Shown piece by piece: positions 1 to 11,635 of a stretch of DNA of 55,969 nucleotides. Source of the DNA: Proteromonas lacertae (taxonomy: Eukaryota); contig NGBS01000607.1 of assembly GCA_002245135.1 (NCBI GenBank), forward strand, positions 62,001 to 117,969. Reading direction: 5' to 3'. Under the pieces are notes generated by a model. It had not been told where the DNA came from and did no database searches. It saw only the letters and a list, made by a program, of their open reading frames with translations. Both the position numbers and the translations under genes were made by a program. Position 1 is the first letter of the stretch. Each line of letters begins with the position of its first letter.

Positions 1-1194
1 TATTTTCTCTTGCATATTTAATAGCAGCTATTTTTCCTTCAATTCCTCTTTCTCCAAAACCACCTGGTACTAATAAACAATGAGCTGTTTTTAATATTTC
101 CCATGCCTCTTTATATCTTTCCTTTGCTTCTTCATCATCTTCTTTGGGTTTTTCTAAATCAGATGATTCAATAAATTCAATATTTAATCTATGTTCAATG
201 GTAAATGATGCATGTAATAATGCCTTTCTTACTGATAAATAAGAATCTTCTAATTTTGTATATTTACCTACAAATGCCACTCTAATTTCAGGTAAAGATT
301 CATCACCAATTATGCTGGTGATTTTATTCCATTCCTTTAAATCAATCTCTTTTCTTGGTTCTAATCCGAATTTCTTTAAAATAATTTGTGCAGCGTTTTG
401 ATTATTTAACATATTTGGAACACCAAATAATATTGGACAGTCGTGTAAAGACAAACAATTCTCAGTTGCAACATTTGTGAATAATGATATTTTTGACTTT
501 GTTTTTTCATCTAATTCAATTGGACATCTTAAACATAATATATCTGGGAATAAACCTACATTTCTTAAAGTAGCTACACCATGCTGAGTTGGTTTTGTCT
601 TTAATTCACCAATCATTGGAACTAAAGATACGAATCCTAAACAGGTATCTTCCTTTGGTTTTGATTGGATGAATTGTCTTATTGCTTCTAAGAAAACTGC
701 ACTCTCAATATCACCAACAGTTCCTCCTACTTCAATTAAACAAATGTCTGCTTTTCCTAACTCATCTATGTCTTTATCTGCTACTCTTTCAATCCATTCA
801 ATAATGCAATTTGTAACATGAGGTACAATTTGAACGGTATGACCATTATATACTCCTGCTCTTTCTCTTTCAATTACAGATTGGTAAATCTTTCCTGTTG
901 TGATATTATTATCTCGGCCTAATTTAACATCCAAAAATCTTTCATAATTACCTAGATCTAAATCACCTTCACAGCCATCATCACAAACAAAGACTTCACC
1001 GTGTTCATAAGGTGACATTGTGCCTGCATCAACATTCTGTGCATAATTAGAATTAAAATGTATACAAGGTAAGGATCAATCTTTATTGATGTGACTCTAA
1101 ATCCAGCCAATTTAAGTAGAACACCAATGGAACTGATGGTAGTTCCTTTACCAAGTCCACTAATTACTCCTCCAGGAAGAATGAAGTATTTCAT
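1..1194 (-). CDS. CTPS: CTP synthase (runs off window; 29-nt intron 1037-1065)
   Basis: [77 protein letters not shown] after removing a GT..AG intron. Confidence 0.97.
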
Positions 1195-1346
1195 AATGTC
1201 AAACAAAATGCAAATTCACAAGCCAAATCTATTTAAACATGTATTATGGAAATATAAACAGAAAAACAGTATTTAGAAGATGGAAAATTTTATATTACGA
1301 AATAAAAACACCTAATAACGATATATAATTTCTAACATCACAATCC

Positions 1347-3182
1347 TTATTCGAATAACAAATACTTACAGTTAGAATATGCAATACTCCTAATGGGTAA
1401 AGAATTCCTATATTCATCACAATCTATAAGCTCACTAGTTTTTTTCAACAAATCATTAACGGTAATTTCTGGATTTAATTCAATACAATTAGTATATACC
1501 TTTACAATCTTTGTATCTAATGGATTAACTGATTTCATAATATATTTTATTGTTTCTAGTAGAATTTGAATTAAAGATTCATTGGTAGTAGTTGTTTCTG
1601 ATAGTTGTGGTAACACTCTAATCACAAAATTGGAAGTAATATATATCGAAGATAATGGTAAAATATCTATTATACAAATTATAAAAAAATATGATTAAAA
1701 ATATACGATCAATATAATTAGAATGATTTGCAATATAATCATAACTATTTAACAAACATAAAATAGAATGAACACATTCACAATATTTCCATTGTATTAC
1801 ATTATTTTGACAATATAATATGAAATTATTCAAAGTATTTACTTCTCCATTATAAACTAAATAATATATATCATTATCTGTAGTATATCCAAATATTTCA
1901 CATATATTTGGATATTTCAATTTACAGTAATTCTTACATATTTCTTGTGGACTTACAGCGGATGTTATTGCTTCAGGAATTGTTATTTCTAATATTGAAA
2001 CTAAATTACAATTATATAATCCTTTCCTATAATTTGAATTATTACTATCATTCTCATCTTCATTATTATCTACACTATCAGCAGTAGTTGTCATTGTTGT
2101 AGCAATAGTTTCTATTGGTAATAATGTGATATTATCAAAAGATATATAATATTCTTCACTATCATCAACAATCCCATTGTTGTTGTTATTTATATCATTA
2201 GAATCTTCCATTTCTGAATCATTATTACTATTGTTATTGTATTGAGGAGAATCTATTTTTGGTGTTAAATGGACTACCTTTATCTTATTGTCATGACCTG
2301 ATGTTATTATTGTTGATTCATTGAATATACTTATACAGGATAAAGCATTTTGATGTAATTTCAATGTAAAAACTGTTTTGTTGGTGGATAGATTCCATAT
2401 CTATTATATAAAAAATAAGTATATATATATACTTTCATTATTCCATTTCTATCTCCAGATAATAGATATTCATTATTAAATATCTGTAATGATAAAATTG
2501 AGTTTTTATGACCTTCTAAACTACCAGTTTTTGTATAGGATAATAAATCCCATATTTGGATTACTGGTTGATTTTTCCCTCCACCAACATATAAATTATC
2601 ATCATATACTGCTAATGACATTACTGGTAATGCTGTAAATGTACTGAATTTCTCTAAAATTGAATAAGAGTCTTTTGAATAAATTGTTACTAATCCTTTT
2701 ATATTTCCTGAAATTATTGCTGTTTCTGAAGATGTTAATGCTGTTATTCGATAAGGAGATTGATCAGTTAGTAAATCAACTAATTCAAAATCTTTGTTGA
2801 ATGAATATATTCCATTATCACCTCCAAAATATAGATAATTATCACAATATAATCCACAAAATATTCTACCATCACAAGATCTTTCTTCTATTCGTTCCAA
2901 ATTCTGTAACTTTAATACTCTAATACACATATCACCTCCTGCTACTACAATTTTGTCATCAAATGCTAAAATTACATTAATAAACGATTTTGTAGATTGA
3001 TCTGTTTTTATTAATTTCCATTTATCGTCACCAATAGACTTCCATAGCTATAAATATAGAAACAATCAAAATACACAAAGGGTTTTATCTTTTCCTCCTG
3101 AAACAACAAATTCATTTATAGAAGCTAATACCCATATGTTATCTGTATGATGCTCAAGTGTAGATACTACCTGACACTGCAT
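1347..3182 (-). CDS. WD40-repeat protein with C-terminal degenerate kinase-like region; at least 3 short introns
   Basis: ATG 3182; WD motifs (VVSGGKDKTLCLWK, LEGHKNSILSL..LSGDRNG, ITSGHDNKIKV); later KLKYPNICEIFGY and HILPLSSIYI resemble decayed kinase subdomains; ORF pieces join across GT..AG introns. Confidence 0.75.
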
Positions 3183-3261
3183 ATTTCAAAATTTAGAATA
3201 TCAAAAAATTAGATCCGTTTTATGTTCGTTTTTGTTTCTTTTAAATCTGTTTATCTTTTAA

Positions 3262-6200
3262 ATGAGTGTGCTAAGTAGTAATACGTCCAACTTTGAATTA
3301 TATAATAGTCCTATAATTACCAAAATTAGAGGAATAAAAATGAAAAATGAAAAAGAATCAAAAAAACCAACTCCAAGTGTGATAAAGAAACCCATAAGAA
3401 CTCGTAAACAGACAGTAGGTATTTTAGAAAATGATGTAACAGCGTATAAATCTTCATTCATATTATTTTCAATAGTCGTATTACTTTAATGAAAGCTCTT
3501 AATACATCGTGCAATCCTGTTATTTTTAAATCAGTGGATGATGCAATTGACTATTTACATGCTGAATTTTGTGATTTAGTTATTTCTGACTTACAAATAC
3601 CCTTTAGAAATCCAACACCCAATGGTGTTGCTATATTAGAAACAGTAAATCAAATAGTATATATATATAAAGTATATACAAATGTCTAGATGAAAAAGAA
3701 AATGAATAATTTATACTCTTCTACTAATGATGATATACCCACTAGAACTTGTGTAATATTCACAATTGATAATGCAAAATATGAAACACAGAAATAGTAT
3801 ATATATATATATATATATATATATTGATTAGTATATTGGAAGAATCAATGAATAAAGGAATGATGGGATTTTTAATCAAGCCTTTCACAAGCATTATGGA
3901 ATTGGGTAATAAGTTAAACAGTATTTTAGATAAGATGAAGTCTTCCACTGATATATACTCTAAAATAATGTCTGTAGATTATTCATTAGGAAAAGTATAT
4001 TATTTTTTTTTATTATTATTTAGAATTCAATTCAATATGAAGAAAAAGTAGCACAAGAACTTGATATTTTAAATACACAAGCTGATCAATTAGCTCCAAT
4101 AGATCGTGAATATATATCCTGTAGAATGAGAAGAATGTCCTCTCGTAGTGGTTCAGAGTTCGCTGGTATTCAAGCAAGAGCCAAACGACTATCAAAAATT
4201 CATGAAAATGATAATGAAGATAATGAAGATAAAGAATATAGTGGTTATAATTATGGAAGTATGTTTGGTGAAAGTGATTTAGGCCCATTGCCTCCTATTG
4301 GAAGCGTAATGCATAGTAGATCATCACCACCATCGTATATTATATATATATATTATGTATATATTTTTTTAGAACTTCTCATTCTCATACAAGACCAAAA
4401 CCATCTTATTTCTCATTTGATAGAGTTGGTTCACAAAGATCGTCAAATGGTGATAATGCTAATGGTAGTAATAATGATAATAATAATTACAGAAAGGAAA
4501 AGAAGAATAATAAATTAGATAAGTTTTCATCTAAAATAGAAACATCCGAATCTGCTAAAGCTGATGCTAAATTTAAACATATTGGCACTCTTATTTCACC
4601 ATTCTCTTCTACTCCTTTATTAAATAGTAAATTTATATCTACAAATAAAGCGTCTAAGTTAAAAGAATCTAAAATATGTATTTTTATTTGTACTTCTTAT
4701 CTTTTTTATAGATAAAGAAACTTCAGAATATCTACCTGAAGTATTACAAATGAACTTAAGGCAATTTCATTTAAAACCTTTCGATAAGAATTCATCATTA
4801 TGTTTACAGCAACTATACAGAGGTTTTGATTTTTACAATAAAAAACAATACAAAAGTGCAATTAAATGTTATACAAAGGGAGTAGAAATGGCTCCAAAAC
4901 AGAAGAATGGTGATCCAGTTACCTCATTTGTTGCTGCTATTTTGTGTGATTTATATTATTGTAGAGGTTTAGCATATTATGGAGATCAGAATTATGATTA
5001 TGCATTAAAAGATTTTTCAGAGTGTATTAAATATAAACCAGAATTGTATATTGTGAAATTATATTTATTATTTTCTATATAGTGTTGATGTATTATTTAA
5101 TCGAGCTTTATTATATTCAAGAATTGGCAAATTTGATAAAGCAATACAAGATTTATCTAAAGCAATTGATCTAGAACCAGATGATATTGATTTATATCAC
5201 AATAGAGCATTAATATATAGAAGATTAGGAAAATTTGCAGAAGCACAAACAGATTATAATCAAATAAAAGCAATTAAGAAGAAGAAAGGTATTGAAGCTG
5301 ATGTATTTGTTGTTTTTATATATTGAATTTATAGAATTATACAATAAATGATGATGCAAGAAAGAGTATGGCAAAAATTGGAAGTAGAAGAAATAGTTTG
5401 GTTAAAAGTGCAACTGATATTGCTATTAAAGATACAGAAATTAATTGTATTTTATATATCAATTATACTCTACTAGTTGATACACATGGTCAATTATTCT
5501 CTCAACCATCTGATGTTACAACTGCTTTAAAAACTGAGCCAATGAGAAGATCAAAATTTGATATTGATTCTGTGATTGAATTATTAAAAAAGAATCTTGA
5601 ATTTGAAAATATGCCAAAAGCAAGATTACAACAAATAGCAAAAGTATTTTCCTCTTTTTTTTCTCCCTATTATTATTATTATTATTATTATCATATAGAG
5701 AGCAACATATGCATTTTTTAAGAACAATCAATATGTGTTTAAAATACATGAACCAACTGATTATTTAGGTTTTATTATCAATGGGACATTAGCAGTAACA
5801 ATGCCAAAAGGTGAAGATATTGTATAAGTATTTTTTATTATATGATTAGGGTGATGTGACAATCAATGTTTTACATAACTATGACACATTTGGTGCTAAT
5901 AGTTTGATGGATAATAAATTCACAAGATCTGCAAATTTATTAGCTAAAGAAGATACAGCAATATTGAAGATAGATACAAGTTTATTTAGAAGTGTAAATC
6001 TTAAAGATTGGTTCTTCAAAATACAAGATTATAAAGTGGGTTGGTTGAAGAAGATAGGAATATTTGATGTATATTTCTTTCGTTTTTATTTAATGTATTT
6101 ATTATAGAGTTTATCAACAAGTGAATTGAAAGCAATGGCTGGTGTATCTGTATTAAGAAGATTTGATAAAGGTGTTATACTATTGAAACAAAATGATTCT

Positions 6201-6899
6201 CCAACATGTTTATATATATTAATCAAAGGAACTTTAAGGGTAACAATTACACCTGATGTAGCTACAGAAATTGAAATTGAGTATAGGAAAACATCACATG
6301 AGTTAGAAACATTAAAATCCAAATATTCATATCATCATACTGGGTTAGTTAAATTAGGTACAACAGAATATGAATTAGAGTATATTTATTATATTTATTA
6401 TTAATATTCTAGAAAGATAAGATTAAGAAATAAACTAGCAGAGATAAAAGAGAGATGGGATCAAGCAAAACTTGAGCATCCATAGTATTTTTCATTTTTA
6501 TTTTAATATATTTTATTTAGTATTAATTTAAATAAAAGTGTTCATCTTCGTACAATATTCCCTCCAGCAATGTGTGGTGAAATTGCTATATTAGATCCTT
6601 GGGCAGGAAGTGAGAGAGTGACAGTAACAGCAGATACATCAGTGGAAGTGTTATTGATTGATAAATTCCAGATTGATTATAGATTGAAATGTAATGGTTT
6701 GCAGAATACAATATATAAGTTAATAAGAGAGAAAACTAAAGAGATTCCAGAATCTGGTGATGTTGTTACAGCGTATATTATTCCCTTTATCATAATTTGA
6801 TATAGATTGCAAACTGAAAAAGAATGGGCAAGAAAACGAAATAAGATAGTAAAATCCTTAAAGTTAAAAGATGATAAGAGTTTAGATTTAAAAATGTAA
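3262..6899 (+). CDS. Multi-exon signalling protein: response-regulator receiver domain + TPR repeats + two cyclic-nucleotide-binding domains
   Basis: REC: GILEND..DLVISDLQIP..NGVAIL..FST..GFLIKPF. TPR: AIKCYTKGVE, YYCRGLAY..ALKDFSECIKYKPE, YFNRALLY..AIQDLSKAIDLEP. cNMP: FGANSL..RSANL, CGEIAIL..ERVTVTADTSVEVLLI. Many ~30-nt GT..AG introns; TAA at 6897-6899. Confidence 0.8.
3798..3823. repeat. (TA)n microsatellite within an intron
   Basis: Run of TA dinucleotides directly after a GT donor. Confidence 0.85.
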
Positions 6900-7051
6900 A
6901 TAATCTTATACATATACATCATTTTATATTTAAATGTTTTGTTTTACATTTTTGATATTTTGACATGTCAATAAACACAGTAATTACATTTTCTGTGATT
7001 TATCTTTATTTTGGGTTATAAACCGTAATATATATTATATTTTATAAAATA

Positions 7052-7421
7052 ATATAATATAAATGTACTAAATCCTCTTTTATAAGGGTTAAGAGGAGGA
7101 TTAACCTCATTTAAATCCTCCATGAAAGAGGAAAGAGGATTTATAGATCCTCTTTGAAAGAGGATATATGATTTTTAGATCCTCTCTGAAAGAGGAATAA
7201 TAAAAATTTAAAAATCCTCATTATAAAAATATGAAAGAAAGAAAAAATGTTAAACCATATAGATAATGTTATTAAAAAATTAGAAATCCTCCATGATAGA
7301 ATTTTATGATGGACTATGATTTTTATCTGACCAGCCCCCCACTGTGTGGGGGGCCGAGGGGGGTTCCAGGCGGCAGGGGTTGAGGGAGGACTAGACTATA
7401 GTATAGACTAGAATAGATTAA
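7052..7421 (+). repeat. Left terminal inverted repeat (370 bp)
   Basis: Reverse complement of 28986-29356; the only differences seen are in the G-tract (GGGGGGTTCC vs GGGGGGGTCCC). Confidence 0.97.
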
Positions 7422-7548
7422 TAAGTGAGAGAATGTTATAGAAGAGGATTCGAAGTATCTATAACACTATAGTTATGTATTTTTATAGAAAAGAGGAAAA
7501 ACAAACATATTTCATCTCATAAAGAGGAATATTATCATTATTATCTAT

Positions 7549-8921
7549 TTAATGAGCTCTTTCCAGTGTTTTGATCCTTTCATCAAGTTTCTTGATTCCT
7601 TCTTTCACATTATCTACATCCTTTTGAATTTCATCAATCTCTTCTTCATAATCCTCTTTTGCTTTCTTTATATCATTGAACTGTTTTTTGTAAGAAGCTT
7701 TATCAGGGTATTTTGATATATCCTTGGATTGATACTGTTCCTTATACTTCCTCATCTCTTCTAAAAGGTCATCCATTCTATCACTTTTCTTGTAGGCTTT
7801 ATTCATCTGATTTTTCTTATATTTCATCATTTCAGTCTTGAGGAATTTACAGGTGTTGATAGAAAGGATGTCAATGTATTTCACAAAGGATCCATTGTTG
7901 TACCACTGTTGAATTGAGGATTTTTTGTTGAGTATTATATCAAAGAGGTCTGAATCCTCATACTTCTTTGACAGATTTGGAGGAGGAATTTCAGCTACCT
8001 TTCTTTGTTTTCTCTTTGTTGTATCCTTCTTTTCTTTATCATTTCTTTCTCTCTTTTTAGGTAATAATGGTTTATCATCTTCACTATCAGTATCACTTTC
8101 ACTATCGACTATTTGAGGAATATCCTCTTTTTCAATTTCTTTTGTAACTTCACTGACTTTCTTCAATTTGGAAGGATTCTTAGGAGGATTTGTTTCAGAA
8201 GAGGATTTTGATATCTTCTTTACATCAAACTTGTGGAGGATTGAAGTCTTTTGTAATACCTCTTTAAATGAATCTGACTTGGGTTTGGGAGGAGGTACAG
8301 GAGGAGGATTTTCAAAATCATCATCATTAATCTCTCTACTATCCATTTTTTCTCGGTATTGTTTTCTACGATTGAAAGCATCTCTTGCAGCCATATGTTT
8401 TTCTCTATCTTTGTTATATTTATCTTTTTCAATTTCCTCTTTTTGACTTTCCTCTTTTTGACTTTCCTCTTTTTGACTTTCCTCTTTTTGACTTTCCTCT
8501 TTTTCAATTTCCTCTTTTATACCATAAATAGGATGTTTCTTTTTGATTTGGAGGATATCAATTTCATTTTCCTCTTTATCCTCCATTTCCTCCATTTCCT
8601 CTTTTTCCTCCATTTCCTCTTTATCCTCCATTTCCTTCATTTCCTCCTTTGCATTTTCTTTCCAAGTCTATTATAGATATATTATATAAAAAATATACTT
8701 CAGAATGATTTGCATCTAAATGATGAATGAAAACACATAACTGAGAATATAATCCTCGAACCGCAGCATCATCCTCATTGCTCCATTTTTCCCTGGGATA
8801 AAATGGTTGACTACCTAAGAACTTTGTGAAAGTCCTACAATATATTAATGAGGAAATCTTACTTAGTAGCATCTGCTGTAGCAATTGTTAATTTCAATAT
8901 TTCTGTAGTGTTGATTTCCAT
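7549..8921 (-). CDS. Viral orphan, ~437 aa, acidic/coiled-coil; two introns (8835-8862, 8668-8698)
   Basis: ATG 8921 MEINTTE..ATK; removing 28-nt GTAAG..GTAG and 31-nt GTATA..ATAG keeps frame into the 7549-8640 ORF; (KEESQ)4 and EEMEDK repeats. Confidence 0.75.
8434..8505. repeat. 15-bp coding tandem repeat (KEESQ)n
   Basis: TTTCCTCTTTTTGAC repeated about 4.5 times. Confidence 0.9.
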
Positions 8922-9137
8922 ATATTTAAAAATTCTAACCATAAAAATGGCAGGAAAACTCAGAATGAAAAGTAACGACAAATTTACTTAAAAAGTAACG
9001 GTAGATTATGATTGGAGGAAATTCCTTCGTTACAAAACCGTTACTTTTTTACGAAAAATGAGGATTTTTGAAACCCAAAAAAGGAACTTAGAAAAAAATT
9101 CATTAATTAGGATTTTGAAATTACTCTATAACATTTT

Positions 9138-9467
9138 CTAAATGGTATCAGAATATTTTGATGGAGGATAATGTAATCTTCCACTACTTGTTCTATATGT
9201 TCTGTTTATTGATGCTAATTCCTCATTTTCCTCAATAATATCCTCTTCCTCATTATCTTCCTTTTTATTTGTACTTCCTAAATTATGCTGAATTTCCTCA
9301 ACCACTTCAATTACTTTTGGAGGACAGTATGCTTTATATGTATAATATACAATTTTGATAACTTCTGTTACAACCCAGAGTATCACATATACTAAGAGGA
9401 TTCCTATACTTTGTTTGATTTCCTCAACATTTGTCTCTAAGACAGTCTCATTATTTTTTGATAACAT
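9138..9467 (-). CDS. Viral small single-pass membrane protein
   Basis: Hydrophobic SIGILLVYVILWVVTEVIKIVYY, acidic tail, upstream element motif. Confidence 0.65.
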   Translation of the reverse strand: MLSKNNETVLETNVEEIKQSIGILLVYVILWVVTEVIKIVYYTYKAYCPPKVIEVVEEIQHNLGSTNKKEDNEEEDIIEENEELASINRTYRTSSGRLHYPPSKYSDTI

Positions 9468-9541
9468 TTTGTTATTATGATAGTGCTATATACAAAAACA
9501 ACAAGAAAATTAAAAATGAAAATAAAGATTAATAATTAAGT

Positions 9542-9880
9542 TTAAGCATGATGAAAAAATGTATGTGTATCTAAATACTGATGTTGTCTTCTAGTTAAAA
9601 AGGTACTTCGTATTCTTCTAGGTTGAACTGCTCCAGTATAAACAAGCAAGGGCATTTTAATTATCCAAACACGTGAAGCAGTACCTGTAATGTGCAATTC
9701 TGGTATCCTTCTTATATTTTGATAAGGTCCTGAAATTATTAATATTGCATTGTTTCTTTGTAATCTTTCAGCAGCTGCACGAGTAACATTATATGCCCAA
9801 TGATCATTATTATCAGAGTAAAGAGTAAACAAAACAGGTCCATTATCATCAAAACGCAAACGATAAGTAAGTAAAGGCAT
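9542..9880 (-). CDS. Viral orphan protein (112 aa)
   Basis: ATG-initiated ORF preceded by the recurrent TTTCTTGTTGTTTTT motif. Confidence 0.6.
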   Translation of the reverse strand: MPLLTYRLRFDDNGPVLFTLYSDNNDHWAYNVTRAAAERLQRNNAILIISGPYQNIRRIPELHITGTASRVWIIKMPLLVYTGAVQPRRIRSTFLTRRQHQYLDTHTFFHHA

Positions 9881-9928
9881 TATTTCAAAAACAACAAGAA
9901 ATAAGAAAATAATGGTTTATATTAAAAC

Positions 9929-10669
9929 TTATATTTCCATTTCCTCACTTTCCTCTTCATCATCATCATTATCATCAAGATCCTCATCCATTGTAGAAGG
10001 AATGACAACATCTATCTTTCTTTTCTTTGGAGCTGGTTTTGGACATAATTCAACTTTTACTTTTCCTCCATTTAAAACTTCCTCTTTAACATTTCCTTGT
10101 TTCTTTTGTTGTCTTTGTTTATCATAATACTCCTTTTTCTTTAAACGACATTTTTCACAACTTTTGTTTTTGTCACCATTTGGCTTTGTTGCAAAGTTTT
10201 CTAAAGGAAGGATTTTGTTGCATGTAGAACATTTTTGTGATCCTTCTGGTACTGGAGCTGATTCCTTCTTCTTTTTAGGAACATGAATGACTTTTTCATC
10301 TTCTTGCTCTTCATCCTCATCTTCTGCAAAAGGTTCACCTGGATTAACTCCTATTTTAAAATCTGATAAGATTTTGATTGGTTTAAGAGTAGTGAGTAAA
10401 TCAATAAGATCCTCCTGTTTTGCATTTGCTATTCTGTATAAGCTTAATCCATCGATAAGATTTCTTAAAAGGATCTCTGTCATACTTCTTGTATGATTCA
10501 CCATTATATCCCAAAAATTCTTGTTGTTGAGAATAAAGAAATCGAAATTCTCTTTTGTTAGTACTTCTGGTTCATTCAAAGGAGGAATGTTAATTGGAGG
10601 AGGAACAGCAACCTTAGGTGAACTAGGAAATGAACTTATGTTCATATCATCTTGTAAATCGGAATTCAT
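9929..10669 (-). CDS. Viral C4 zinc-finger protein with basic and acidic tails
   Basis: CSTCNKILPLENF..SCEKCR (CxxC..CxxC), KKRK NLS-like motif. Confidence 0.7.
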   Translation of the reverse strand: MNSDLQDDMNISSFPSSPKVAVPPPINIPPLNEPEVLTKENFDFFILNNKNFWDIMVNHTRSMTEILLRNLIDGLSLYRIANAKQEDLIDLLTTLKPIKILSDFKIGVNPGEPFAEDEDEEQEDEKVIHVPKKKKESAPVPEGSQKCSTCNKILPLENFATKPNGDKNKSCEKCRLKKKEYYDKQRQQKKQGNVKEEVLNGGKVKVELCPKPAPKKRKIDVVIPSTMDEDLDDNDDDEEESEEMEI

Positions 10670-10766
10670 TTTTTGATTTTTTTAAATTTATGATAAGTTT
10701 TCAAAAGTTTTAGAAAATACTTAATTAAAATAAAACTTAGAAATTAGTAAAATTCTAATTAGCCAA

Positions 10767-11162
10767 TCAAATCGTTTTCCGTTTCTTTACATTTTTCCTT
10801 TCTTCTTCTTTTTCTTTATCATAATCTAATATCAAGCAGATAATCGATATGTTCCTTATATTCCAAATCCTTTCCGCTATTTCTGCATGTTTCCTTTGAT
10901 AGGAGGATCGACTATCTTCAATACTCATTTGGAATCTCTCTAAAGATTGAGGAATATTTCCTTCCTTCTTCCTATTTTTCTTCTTTTTAATATATTGTAA
11001 GTAATCCTTGTATTCCTCTAAGCATAACTTATAATCCTCATAATATTCATCTAACTTACTATATTCAAGAGATATAGAAATTTCCTCCATATCCCACCAT
11101 TTCCTCTTATTTACATTTTCAAACAACCCAAAATCAATAAAATCAAGATTATCCTGTTTCAT
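10767..11162 (-). CDS. Viral orphan, helical/charged
   Basis: ORF from the first ATG (MKQDNLDF..) with a C-terminal KKRK. Confidence 0.6.
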   Translation of the reverse strand: MKQDNLDFIDFGLFENVNKRKWWDMEEISISLEYSKLDEYYEDYKLCLEEYKDYLQYIKKKKNRKKEGNIPQSLERFQMSIEDSRSSYQRKHAEIAERIWNIRNISIICLILDYDKEKEEERKNVKKRKTI

Positions 11163-11234
11163 AAGAAAAGTAGAAAGAAAAAGAAAAATGAAATCAACCC
11201 AAGAAAATAAGCACAAATAAGATCAAAATCCTTT

Positions 11235-11510
11235 TTAGAATAAATGCCTCATTATTATTTGATCTGGTGAAACTGGTCCTTCTACTTTAGGTTCAATCAT
11301 TGTAGCTACTGATAATACTATTTCCATTGATTGGTATAGAAAATTGAAATTAATATTTTTGTTACCGTAATAAATGCGAATCTTCCAATTCTTTAATCTT
11401 TCCTCCATGTTGTCTTCTATAACAAGAGTATATACTTCTTTCTCTAATTCCTTCAAAGTAGCCATTCTCAATTGAGTACTAGGATAATCGAGATGAAGAT
11501 CTGAATACAT
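11235..11510 (-). CDS. Viral orphan (91 aa)
   Basis: ATG ORF preceded by TTTTCTTGTTGGTTTTT. Confidence 0.55.
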   Translation of the reverse strand: MYSDLHLDYPSTQLRMATLKELEKEVYTLVIEDNMEERLKNWKIRIYYGNKNINFNFLYQSMEIVLSVATMIEPKVEGPVSPDQIIMRHLF

Positions 11511-11635
11511 TTTTTACTTAAAAACCAACAAGAAAATTGAAAATAAAATATCAGTTATACAATACTTAAATTTTAATTGCTGACATTTGATTGGATAATT
11601 ACGGAAAATCTGGATTTTGTATTTTGGTGTACTAA

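Noticed and set aside
8434..8650. CRISPR-like array
   Set aside because: Contiguous coding tandem repeats without unique spacers, in a eukaryotic context.
7925..8676. Antisense and alternate-frame ORFs (e.g. KKRKVKKRKV, FLFLTFLF)
   Set aside because: Shadows of the low-complexity Glu-rich coding repeats.
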